A stretch of DNA of 63,983 nt, the filler included, from Basidiobolus ranarum (Eukaryota), in NCBI GenBank assembly GCA_040143965.1. It is 4 parts of 4 records of this genome, joined end to end, with 100 filler letters (N's around TTAATTAATTAA, not from the genome) between each part and the next. Parts side by side here need not be neighbours in the genome. Positions count along the whole stretch, not along the records: positions 16,427 to 32,722 come from JASJQH010000346.1; positions 32,823 to 49,111 come from JASJQH010000347.1; 2 more parts are not named here. The stretch is one strand, 5' to 3'. A program made the position numbers and the translations under genes. Below, in pieces: positions 26,629-38,774 of the stretch. The notes under the pieces are model-generated. The model saw only the letters and a list, made by a program, of their open reading frames with translations, did no database searches and had not been told where the DNA came from. Within the stretch, counting starts at the first letter, position 1, and every line of letters begins with the position of its first letter.

Positions 26629-29600
26629 CATTGTTCATGCCTATATTTTTGGATATACCAAAGAGAGAACTGAAATATCATTCCGATTCAACTGTAGAAT
26701 GAATGCATCTGGATTTAGCATTCTCAAATCCTTTGATTACCAACTTATCTAGATGGAAAGTGTTGGTAAAATACAAATGGGTTTAGACTGGAATATACTT
26801 TAATTGTGATCAAATCATTAGGACTAAGACCATCAAGTTTCTAGGAAATGGTGATGCTAAGATAACAGAAGCAGTTTCTTGCAACGTAGGTCAATTACAC
26901 AAGGAGTAGCGCACTCTGGACCTCAAAGAACATTTTACTAACTATATATGTGTAGAATAGCTCGCATGGACGAAACTGAATATAGGCCATTTGAGGTGGA
27001 TAAATAAATCAATGTCCTATAGATTGAAAGGATTTCATAACATCATTGGATCAAGAATATAGTACTTCACGTTGCTAAAATGAGCACCATATGTTAGGCA
27101 AAAAAAAGTATATGATCTGACAATACATTTGCTGGTAACTTATATTTCATAGTGAACCTAGGGAAGTGCTGATCTGACGCATAGTTGACTCCTTCAAAGT
27201 TTGATGAAGTTGCCAACTAAAAGCACAACTCAAAACCTAGAGAATGTATCAAGATAATATGAATTGTTAACCATGTATACTGCAGTAATGATATAAGAAG
27301 TACTAATTCCAAATGCAAATATTATTAATATATGCTTACAAATGACAAACTTAATAACAGACTGATTAGTTGTGGGTAGATGAGAGGTACCTTTGGTAAC
27401 ACCATTTAATTACATAGATACGCTAAGCTTCCATGTTCCCTGCTATGCTTTCTGACCCAGCTTTACATTAAAAGGAAGAAATTGGTCATACTATACGACG
27501 CCTTCAACTCCCATCACAAAAGAAGCCTCAATGTCCCTTATGTAACATTACTAAATGAATATATCACAAAATACGATATTGATCTGACTAAATAAGTATC
27601 CCAAAGTGAAGGTAACGATTCCATTAAGATTGGAATAGCATAGACAAGTTCACGATAGTAATTCAACTAAGTACTGGCGGGTTCGGAGAAAGCATCAAGG
27701 CTTGTGATTTTGATTGAATCCAGTTGGAGTAACCCTAAGTAAATGAATGATAAACACCCAACCAAGATACCAAAGAGAGCAGAACAGGAAATACGATAGC
27801 CAAAAGCAATGGAACGTATACCGACCTATTTTAATCCAGAATATGGTATATTGCTGACTCTAATGGTTACCTCTACCATTCTACAGCTGCCCACGTATTG
27901 TATCACCTGTCGTCGGAGTTCGCCTCTTTTGGTTAAAAAATTAATTACGTGTGATAGGCCAGACTCCAATCAACAACGGAAATGTATTGTTATTTTCCAG
28001 ATACCCCCAGAGCTATTACTTGTAATCGCTGGGATTCTTACCATGTCCAGGAAGAATTCTCTGAATATGTCCAAACCCTGATGTCACTGGAAATGAATTG
28101 ATTACCCTCGCCCAAAACTTGCTTTTTCTATTTTTATTGATCATCCAAACATGGAATTCCATTTTTAGTGTAGAGGTGGAAACCTGTACAATCCAGAACG
28201 ATCCAGGTTCCATATCTGTAACTGACCAATTAATTAACAAGGAGATTAACAAATCGTAAACAGGGGTAATAGGACAGTAATCCGCGAAGTTCGTTTGGAA
28301 TATCCGATGTTGAAGAGCCACTGAGTGAGGAAGCACTACACATTAAAGCTTAAAGTAGAGTTTAATAATGAATAGGAACGATTTAATCCTCTTCCATGTA
28401 TCCATATCTAGTGATTACAAGTATTGGGTTGACCTTCAAGGTCATAGGCTTGATGAATCTGGTGGGAATCATTCTTCTTGGAGAACACAAGAACCACTTG
28501 CCAGGTCTCTTTCCCATTCATGAGCGACCCACTCAGCAGCCAGATAGGAGGCACTCCCCTTCAGTGTCTGTCGGCGATTTATCTATTATCTGATGTGGCT
28601 GATCCACACAAATGAAGTAACCGGAAATCCTGACACTTGCGTATCATTCTACGTAGTATAAGTGGAGGTGCAGATGGAGAGTGCGACAGGTGGCCATGTC
28701 CTGGGTGAATTGTCTATATGGGCTGGAGGGTGGGGAGTTGAATTTCAATTAGACAACTGCCAGTGAATCTAGGTGATAATCTCTACCATAGCTCTGCAGC
28801 TTGGTACACATGCACACACGCATGTACGAGGTAGAATACGAGCAACTCCTAAGGATGGATGTGGAAAATGGTGATATGACCTTATGACTTGTATTGCCCG
28901 ATTTCCTATCAAGTAGCCAGTGAATGGAGTTCAGCAGTAATATTAATACAAGAAATATGCTGCTCACTCACTCTGAATCATCAAGGCACGATTTCTTGAG
29001 TAGATATAATGCAAGTACTCTGTGGAGCAGTTATTACCCGTTGGTTTTCTCAGGAATATCCGATATAGCTTTCAGTCATCACATTTAAAGAAATGCGCCG
29101 ATATTGAATGTCATGTGTCGCAAAACTTGTCCAATTCATGATGGTGTTGAAGACGAAGCGAAGCGTTATACGAATTACCCATGGGAATGTTGGGTCAAAA
29201 AGGGCTTTGGTTTATCTCCATTCCACGATAATCCCCACTTCCATCATAGGGTATTGCGTAGGGGAATGTACAAAAAAGGTGGTCGAAAGCGGAGTAAGCC
29301 CCTTTATCCAAGCCAAAAAGGTAAGGCTTTCTATCGGTAGTTACCCATCAGAATCTGAAATGAGTAATTTTTCCTGATTCTCTCTCCAAAACTAGAGTTG
29401 GAATAATGACTCTTAAAGTAATGTCGCCACTGAAATATATCCATGCCACTGTGACCAAATACTGGTGGCACCTCTGATGTATCACCCATTAACCATGACG
29501 GCGATGCATCATTGGTGAATAGATCGCGCTGGATGATTCCGTACGAGAGCCATGGGTAAATATGAAATGAGTGTCAAAATATCTAGACTTGGCTTCAGGG

Positions 29601-31995
29601 ATTCTCATCCTTCTCTCCACGCAGCCGATGGTTCGTTGATGAATGATTTGTCCCACCTCGGATTGCAAAATATCAGTCGCCCTCACTAATATTGGATAGA
29701 ATGATTTACGAAGCGCATTAATACCCAAGTGAGCTAACGCTTTTGGATCAATAACTCATTGAGAATCTCTTGGAGTGTTTAGGGGACACAATGAATAAGA
29801 TGATTTCTGTTGGAACCGGTTTCTTATTCACTGATTTAAAATCACACCAAGTTAACGAATTACAACACTACTTGGGCAGAATGACCAAACGGAAGATTGA
29901 CTCGGGTTTCATTGCTCTGGTGATTAGGTTGGGAATCTTAAGACTCTAACAAATCAGCCAGAAGAGTAAGTAGTGTCCTGTGTTCTAGACATTTACTTCA
30001 TATGCCAAGTCTGCGCGATTGATCCACGCTTGGAATGGGTTGCTCAAGCCGGGGTAAGAACTGCAGTAAACAAACACACAGTAACAACAATAAGGTTTCC
30101 CCAACAATATTTTCCATGGTTGCTCCTCTCGGATGATTCGGATGGCATTCTGTAACAGAGTTGAGCCAAATACAGGATGGTTGCAGTTTACATTCTAGGA
30201 TAGTCCTGCGAGATTTAGAATATACAGTGGCCATTGGATCAGAGGACAAGTCCATATAGAATATTTCATTATATTTGGAAATCACAACAACCACAAGGAG
30301 GTTACATCTCTACACAATTACTTGTGTGAATGGATTACATTGCATATCGAAGCCCACCTGCAAGCCGTTAGACATAATTCTGAAATGATGCTCATAACGT
30401 TCCTTACTCAGCTCTGACTTGGTATGTACAATGCATCAACTCTGTCTATGCTGCAACTCCAATTTCTTGGACTGCAGACATGGTATTAAAGTGGGGTTAG
30501 ACGCATGGAGTTCCAGTTGACCTATCGGCGCAAGCCATGGGTATCATATGATATGACACCATCACTTAAATTGAAAGTCAAACTAGAGCTAAGCCATTTC
30601 TTATTGGTGGCTAACTTTATTTGATTTAAGGAAGTTGTGTGGTTTGAAAGTAGGAATAATATTGCGGAGATAAGAATATAGGTACAAATTGGGATGAGGA
30701 TATGGATGCGAATACGGGTATGGGTGTGGACGAGGGTAAGCATGCAGTAAGATGAGCTGACCTTAATGCTGATTGTCCTTATGACCTCAGCTTCGTATAA
30801 ATGAAAAGCTCTCACTCCGCTGCCAAACTTGTACAATCACCTTGGTCTGATATTCAAGTATGCAAGCTTGTTTCTTATTCAATGGGAGGTTTCCGGTTCC
30901 TCCTCTCTAATATGAAAAGGTTCTTGACGAGTTTGTCTGGATACATTATCCGTGAGAGAGAACTATGGAGTCATTGGAGATGGTACGTAAGTGAGCTCTT
31001 GGAATCGAGAAATTAATATTCAATGTGGTACTGATGTAATTAATACTTCCGGGTAATGGACTAAAGGGCACTTCGCAAGCGCGTATTATTTCCCGATGAG
31101 AGTAAATGTCATTTGAGTAAGATATCGCAAACTCCGTTCTTTTCTTTTTATGAATGAGAAAAGGATCCAGACGGGAAACCCGTTCAATGTCCAAATTGGC
31201 CCATGTAATCTGGAGAAGCAAAAACCAGCTTCAAGAGCAGTGTTCTATTTTGAATTCGACCCATTTCGTATACTCCTCTCTTATTCTATATTTCCAAGTT
31301 TCCCATATCACTGGTAACACTCTTATCTATTAGCCAGTGCACAAAATCATAAAACTTTTATGTTGGTAAGTAAAATTTTTCAAACCCCGATTTCCCTGGT
31401 TCATGGGGATACTATTCTCTATCCACAGTTCCTGTAGCTTCTCTAGGGTTCCTTCGGGGCTAGACCTCGATTAAAATGCACTATACTATTAGTTCCCCTT
31501 CGTAGTCATCCATTTGGGGCCTTATGTGACGGTCACTGGGGTGGTATAATATTGAATGAGGCATTTGTTTGTCCATGGAGATATTTAATACTATTAAGAA
31601 GATAGTTGATTTCACATAAGTAAAGTACTTCTAGTGTCAAACGTACACACCTAGGGTGCTTATGGAGGGTTGAAAGAAGGCAAAGGAATATAGTAATAAA
31701 AAAATATTCAACTACATTATTGTACATTATATAATACTAAGGAATAACCAATAAGAAACGCATGAGGAGATCGGGTCAAAACTTGCATGGGCAAGATGGA
31801 ATAACATGAAAAATGGGCGAGGTGCGCGAGCAAGAAGTATACAGAGGAAAATCTTAATTATGTACATATGGCATTGAGGACTGTAGAGAGAGCTATGCAA
31901 GAAACCAAAATCATCAGAGTGCACAAGCTTGGTCATGAAGTACACAGTACATCATTCATATGTCGTAGATATGAGGGCAAACTAGAGAAGGCGAA

Positions 31996-32721
31996 CTATA
32001 AAAAGTTTTCGCCCGATGCATATATCGAGTAATTCATGTCGTCCATATAAGGAATTGGAGTACTGCTTACTGAGGACATGGACCCATCCAGGGGGATCCC
32101 GGCTTGGGAAACTTGAATTGAATTCATCGAGAATGAGGCAGAAAAGTTCATATGATTAGATGTGTGCTGGGATTTCCCTACATAATTGCCATAATTATTG
32201 GAAATCTTGGCTGAGAGATCCCAATTAGTCGAGTCCATGCTGTGACCTCTCAGCAGAGTACCAGGCCCAATAGAGCTGTATTGTTGAATAGAATGGGTGT
32301 CTAGTAGAAGGGGATTATGATGGATATCCTGATGGCTGAGCAGTATATCCTCATTGGTAAGTGACACAGAATTGCAGCTTTTGCTAATTCGAGGCTCGGA
32401 TAATCGTCGCATTTTATGTTTACCATAATCACCCATATGAGATGAGAGGTTACTATACGAAGGCGAATGAGATAGCTGTTGCGAATAGATTGACTTCGCA
32501 AATGGAACTTCCAGCGAATCATCCAATGTAAAGCAAGACGATTGTTGCGTATCAAAGAAGGATTGATGTTGCGGCTGATTGGTGAGATGTGAGTGTTCAT
32601 GGAAAAATTGATCGTCTTCGGCAATGGTAGCCAGATGCTGCTTTTCGGCAGGAACAAAGCCCCTGCCAACATATGAAGCAACAAACTCTGGAGGGCATGA
32701 GTTTCTTCTTGGGTTATTAGA
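31996..32721 (-). CDS. 3' part of a Ser/His-rich low-complexity protein, 5'-truncated by the contig end; possibly a transcription-factor tail
   Basis: Frame open from the spacer (SNNPRRNSCPPEF...) to the stop at 31996, ~240 codons; RRxS motifs. Confidence 0.7.
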   Translation of the reverse strand, partial: SNNPRRNSCPPEFVASYVGRGFVPAEKQHLATIAEDDQFFHEHSHLTNQPQHQSFFDTQQSSCFTLDDSLEVPFAKSIYSQQLSHSPSYSNLSSHMGDYGKHKMRRLSEPRISKSCNSVSLTNEDILLSHQDIHHNPLLLDTHSIQQYSSIGPGTLLRGHSMDSTNWDLSAKISNNYGNYVGKSQHTSNHMNFSASFSMNSIQVSQAGIPLDGSMSSVSSTPIPYMDDMNYSIYASGENFL

Positions 32722-32722
32722 G

Positions 32723-32822
32723 NNNNNNNNNNNNNNNNNNNNNNNNNNNNNNNNNNNNNNNNNNNNTTAATTAATTAANNNNNNNNNNNNNNNNNNNNNN
32801 NNNNNNNNNNNNNNNNNNNNNN
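32723..32822. other. Artificial contig spacer
   Basis: N44-TTAATTAATTAA-N44. Confidence 0.97.
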
Positions 32823-33324
32823 CTCATCTTCAAAAATGATGGCACAGCAATTGACTGCTTCTGCAATATCGAGTTAGCAACATCTTGGATCCTGCCCCAC
32901 GTAACCATGTGAGTACACACTGGTCACGCCCAATTGGTCGATCACCCTTGGCTTTCATCACCTTTGGAGAAGATACAGAATCTGCATAGATTTCGAAAAT
33001 ATCTTTAAATCTGAGAAGGCCAGCATATTTTGCAAAACAGGAAAAGATTGGTCCTAATCCGGATGCGAATTTACCCAGGATAAGGTTCCAAAAACAATTT
33101 TTTATTTCGGATATTATATAACTCGTTCGATCATTCCCCCTCTATCTCGAAGTACCTCACTCTCCTACTTGACCAAAGCTTCCTCAGCAATAGTATATCC
33201 CCCATTTGCTTAGGCTTGATCAGATTCAATAATCGTTATCAAAGCAGATAACGAAGTCTATCTTCTTCTTCCAGAATTGTTTTCTTCTCAAGTGGTCACA
33301 ACCTCGCACAAGTTACCCATCATA

Positions 33325-33735
33325 ATGAAAATAACAACACCTCGAGAAGACATTGTGAATCTGCTTCGAAATCTTCGTCCCGATATACAGGAAGACACCT
33401 TAGAAATTCATCGAATGGGCTATCCCACCGACCCTTTGATTCCCTGGTCTGTGTTTACTTTTTGTACTCTAGAAGGAATTCAATTGACCATTGAAGTCAG
33501 TAACCGTGGGTTTACCGTTAGCGACGTTGCATTACCTGGGAAAATTTCGAATCTAATTCTATACCATTACTTAGTAGTTGTGAAGGAGATGTCTGGTAAG
33601 TCATATCCTACTGTTCAAGCAGTACTCATGTTGGCTAGCCCCTTCTATCATACACGCCATTCCACTAAGTCAGGCCAAGCTTGCCCCGAGTTTGCTCATA
33701 CAACCAGCAAGCCACGATCGCAACTGGTGCGCTGA
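33325..33735 (+). CDS. GSKIP/DUF727-like domain protein
   Basis: TLEG..LTIEVSNRGF and YPTVQAVLMLASPFY resemble the GSKIP-domain pattern; ATG at 33325, TATA at ~33116. Confidence 0.65.
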   Translation: MKITTPREDIVNLLRNLRPDIQEDTLEIHRMGYPTDPLIPWSVFTFCTLEGIQLTIEVSNRGFTVSDVALPGKISNLILYHYLVVVKEMSGKSYPTVQAVLMLASPFYHTRHSTKSGQACPEFAHTTSKPRSQLVR

Positions 33736-35562
33736 GTGGCTCTAGGAATCATTTCTAAGCCTTCTTACGATAGTCCTTCATTCATACAGCCCTTTGTTAG
33801 ACAGCTGAAGGAGCTATCGTCCACTTTACTTATAGATCCATCTTAACGTTATTCTTAGTTGTTACACAGCACCCCATTATTATTCTCTGTGATGAATCCT
33901 AACTCTATACTGGAAGCATAGCCTAACCCCATGTACATAAACTGAAGGCAGAAGCCTTTGATATGTCACCGATAGTTTGAATATCTCTCCTTGTCAAACT
34001 AATGCTACTATCATTGTGCAATAAACGCACTACCATATTAATTTACAGTACTTTGCACCAAAGAATCACCATCAATCTCAAGATTTTCTCAGGTACGAAG
34101 GGGTTCTCTTGCGAGATTCTCATTCGCTACGTGAATAGAATACAATGCAAACACCGTATGATATCAGTAACATCTGGACTAAATAAGGGATTTCCATAGT
34201 GAAACCTCGACACCCTACTTACCCTACAAAACCAACCATTACTCTGAGATGTGAACTATTTTCAAGACCTACCGTAACAAATCCAATAAATTAAACCACT
34301 GCTGATTTCCATTTATGGCCAAGTGCCAAATAGTGTTTACAAGGTGGAAATTATTGTGTCATCGATTTTAGTGCCCGAAAACCATATTCCTAATGGAGCC
34401 CCAGACCGCACCCAAAGTCACATAATCGTGACCAAAGTATATAGATATTTACCAGTTCTGCGAGCTATCATTTGCTGTTAGAGATGCACTCTTATCTGGT
34501 ACATATCATGTGAATATCGATTACTCAACCTACATCATCAAACCAGACTTAAGATACAACTCTTCAGGGCACATGATCAATGAATATTAGGGCTACAGCT
34601 TTGCGCCACATAGAACTGAGGGTGGAGGGAGGTGTAGTGTAGTGAAATTCAGTATGTTGCGAGACATCAGAAAAAGGAGTGGTTGGCATGAGCGCGTAGT
34701 GGTAACGGAAAGCGGGTATTTTGATGATTGATAAAAATACCAAGAGCAACAAAAATAAGCGAAAAATCATTTAACCCAAATTTTATCATTCCTAGCTGAT
34801 AGCCCATAATGCGTGTAGGGTGTGTTAGTATTGTCAAGTTGACGCTTCACTATCGGAGAATCTTTCATCGGAAACGCTCGCCGCTGTCGTTTTATTACAC
34901 TTTTCACCATGATAAATCAACAACCAGTTTCTAGTATTGGAGAGTACAAGGGGATTTGATGGTGATTGTCCGAATCCTATTTGTGGTAATTCTCCTGATT
35001 ATTGAAAAACAATGGCTCTATATTTGGGTAAACCACTGGAGAAGGGTGCATGATGCTTTGTGATTTCAATCATAAGCAATCGGGTATACACATAGTGTAT
35101 CCACAATTCCTCAGTTGGTCAAGTTGCCGCCAATGTACGATTAATTTCGCTACTGCATGGTGGTCAGTGTAACCAACATATATTGATTGAGGCTCAGAGT
35201 CCAGGTCTCTATCTATTCAAATGGTAGATGATTAATTTCATGCTTGTCATAAAGGAGGGTAAAAGTGCATGTCATTTTATAGTCATTGTAGTATTTATTA
35301 TTTGGAGTGGTTCGACCCCTCAGAAACCTGAATAATTAATCCTGAAAGGAGTAGATCAATATTCCCTGCGTATTATACAAGTTCCATTAATTAATTCATT
35401 TGAACTTCGGTGGTACACATTCTCCATCCGTGAGGTTCTGGCCAAATTTCTCTAATATAAACTCCGCGGGTTGTCAGAGCTAATATATAGCGTTCTCTTT
35501 AGACTCTTCAAGTCTCAATTATTTCTTAACTCACCAACCCTAAACATAAACTATCGCTTGCA

Positions 35563-35886
35563 ATGCATAGATCACAATCAACTAGATGGCGAAGTGCGAC
35601 TGCCAAATTGGCCAAATACCATTGTAGAAGTTTGAGCGGTGCTGATATTTCGGATGAATCTGTCTATTTGCGTGCGAATGAGGAGGATGAGACGGCCATA
35701 TACCACCAACATGACTACATCTATACTATTGAATTCGCTAGGCAAACTCTAAAGAAGGCTACGAGTTTTGAGGATATCTTAGATAACGGATTCTTGCTAG
35801 ATAATACCGGCGCTAGAGAATCAACAATAAAGTTCACCCTAACCCCCGACTTGGCCAAGCTCCCTTCAGAAGGATGCACCGATTGA
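35563..35886 (+). CDS. Small hypothetical protein (107 aa), paralogue of 36586-36933
   Basis: C-terminal LKKATSFEDILDNGFLLDNTGARESTIKFTLTPDLA; TATAAA at ~35456. Confidence 0.75.
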   Translation: MHRSQSTRWRSATAKLAKYHCRSLSGADISDESVYLRANEEDETAIYHQHDYIYTIEFARQTLKKATSFEDILDNGFLLDNTGARESTIKFTLTPDLAKLPSEGCTD

Positions 35887-36585
35887 GTCACTGTTAACTC
35901 TTCTAACTAAATTATATGATCGAATCATTCTTCAAGGCTGGATTCTTGGAATAAAATAAAAGCGAGAGTTGAACTAATAAGTTGTTTCTTGCGGTGCCGT
36001 GTGACCTAATATTACCATAAGATGAGTTGGCTTTACGTTGGTAACTCAATCGTTAACTTCCAAACAGTGCATATTGAAGGAGTGATTAAACTGCTACATA
36101 CATTCCTCCATTGAGAAAACAGTCATGTCGATATACAATTAAGAATAGTAAACATTCGCAATCTATTATGTAGCAGGTTTCTCATACTCTTCCAGCTAGG
36201 ATATTCCAGTTGAATCTCAGTACATCAATAATATGTGTCTTTAATTGTTTATTTATTGTATTGTATTGTAATACGGTCGATATTTATCAGGAAATATTAT
36301 TGCAGTACAGCCCTATCATTGCGAGCTATCTTACAGCATTAGCATGCAATAAACTCTGGTGCAGAATGATGGTTCTCAATCTAAATCCAACAATGAAGCA
36401 TGCTTTCTAGAGTGTTAGTTGGTGCGTGCGTCACCGAGTGATTAGAGATATTGATAGAATTGCTCGGCTCTAAACTAAGCCCTTTAGTGGTAATAAATAT
36501 GAATCCAAGGGAGATGGTAATTGTGGACAAGAGTCAGTGCTCTTTTCCAATTCTCAATAGCTCTTTATACCGTCAAGATAGTGAG

Positions 36586-36933
36586 TCAATAAGTATCTCG
36601 AGCTAATGGTGGGGTTAGCGAGAATCGTATTGTAGCTTGACGAACACCAGTTGCATCATCCAAAAACCCATTATTCAATATGTCATCGAAATCCACAGCT
36701 CTTCGAAGTTTTGTTATGGCTTCTCGGAACTCAGAATCATCTCTGCTAAATCTATGGATATCATTTCCTGTTCCTCCCGTTTTACGTTGTAATCGTAAAT
36801 CAGCAAAAGAGGAGCGTTTGCTCAAGCATCCCAATCTTTTCCTGATACCACCCCTAGAAAACACGCTACGCCTAGAATGATGAGGAACTCCACATTTGGT
36901 TGACCATTCGTTAGAGGGACTTGGTATTGTCAT
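36586..36933 (-). CDS. Small hypothetical protein (115 aa), paralogue of 35563-35886
   Basis: C-terminal LRRAVDFDDILNNGFLDDATGVRQATIRFSLTPPLA; TATATA ~100 nt upstream. Confidence 0.75.
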   Translation of the reverse strand: MTIPSPSNEWSTKCGVPHHSRRSVFSRGGIRKRLGCLSKRSSFADLRLQRKTGGTGNDIHRFSRDDSEFREAITKLRRAVDFDDILNNGFLDDATGVRQATIRFSLTPPLARDTY

Positions 36934-38774
36934 AATTCTTGACGAAGGATGCTTATAATACGGAACAGACCCCTTCGGTTGATACCTCTATACACCAGAG
37001 CCAAGGCAACCTCGAAATGGACGGCGAACCTTCTATATATAAATGAGCAGATGTATTTTCCGCCTACCTATAATAGCATACCTAATAAACTTTCCTTTGC
37101 AATCCCTATGGCTCAAATAAGTACATTGAAAAGGAGAAATAGAAGGGACTTTTCCTGATGTTTCTTGTTTACGCCTTTGATAAATTAGGAATACAGATAT
37201 ATTGTATAAATAAAAAATCCTCCCCCCAAATCTACTCTTACCATTCCTGTTACTACATATTGTATTTCAATAATAATAATTCTCCGTTAAATTTGGTCTC
37301 AGTCGTATTAGAGCCAGATTGGGCTGTAGCTACTGTACTGAGCATGTATAAATATACATAGACAATCTCCACGTTGCTACTAAAGAACTAAAAAGGATCG
37401 AAGTATTTATGAGCACAAGGGCCGGACCTAAATTATATAATAGGTCTTACTTAGCATTGTAGCCATATAAGCCTTTGAAATTTATCTGGCTCTCTGGTAG
37501 CAAAGTAAAATCCGAGGGTCAATGACCAGAGTTGCTCACCAGTGAGTAAATCGGACATCAAAACTCTCACCAGTGAGTGTCATTAGTTAGTGTCGGTAGA
37601 ATGGTGAAATATCCAGTATTCATGGCCATGCTTGTACAATAGATGCTGAGCATCCACCACTGCAACGACGGAAGAATCATTTGATCAGTTAGATGAGTAA
37701 TCGAAGAATAATGCAGCTGTACACAGGTCGATATTTTATTGGTCATCTATCGTTGTTTAGGAGATGATGGTCACATTTGCTCACTCATAAGAGCGCTAGA
37801 TGACATGGTGCAACATAGATGTGGATTGACTGGCATTAGAAATTTTAGGAATAATTAAGTAACTGAAGAGTAGCAAACCAAACTAGAACTATCGATCGAA
37901 ATCTGTTTGACTCTATGAAACCAGGATGCTTATCTTGACGCTTACATCTTGAAACTTTGGTATATCCTCGTGTCTGTTAAAAGTGTATCATATAAGTTAC
38001 AGGATCCAATTACGAGTGTGTCGTATATTGAAGCGTGTATCACGGAGGATAGCTCGTTGTAAATCCAGTATTTGCAAAGGAGAACCTTAAGCACGCAAAG
38101 AAATTAGGAACTAACTAACTATTGTTATGACGTGACTTATCTTCATTACAGCCCTAAGCGGGCAGATTCTTTCTGGGATGCAGGTGGTAAGACAGATCAG
38201 GAGATTCGCACTAAGGGGGAGATGAAAAGACCCTAAAATAGGATATGCTCAGTCATTACTGCCTGCTGGGGTTGTTCATGGGCGTTTATTTCACTGTCAC
38301 GAATAATATCTACTACTATGGACTAAGCCTAGCCCTCGATTTCTGATGACTACTTAATTCCCAAAGGACCTTGCTCTCTTTACATTTCATACATTGGACA
38401 TACACTCTAGATTGATTTGGTAAAATACATCTCATTCACCAAGTGGGTCAGATCGAATCCTCCGAATCGGTTGATTTCAAATTTAACATGGTCTAAGACT
38501 TGCTCATTTGCCCATTTCACTTCTCTTTTTATACAGTGATCACCATGGCACGGATGAAGAATCGAGATCTTTGTCCAACATCAGTGATTTTATTGGCATT
38601 CAATATTGAGGAAAAAAATCATGATTTCTCCAATGGTAGTAATGGATGAGACAGAAACCAATTGATCGGCTGTGCTGAGATTCTAGACTTGGTTTTTTTG
38701 CGCAAGTGCTGCTATCCACATCAGTGTATCTATATATGTTTAGGAGTTAGTTAACTCTGGTTGAAAGTTTTACA

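Noticed and set aside
35300-35325. GGTTCGACCCC resembling a tRNA T-loop/B-box
   Set aside because: No acceptor stem, D-arm or anticodon arm can be built
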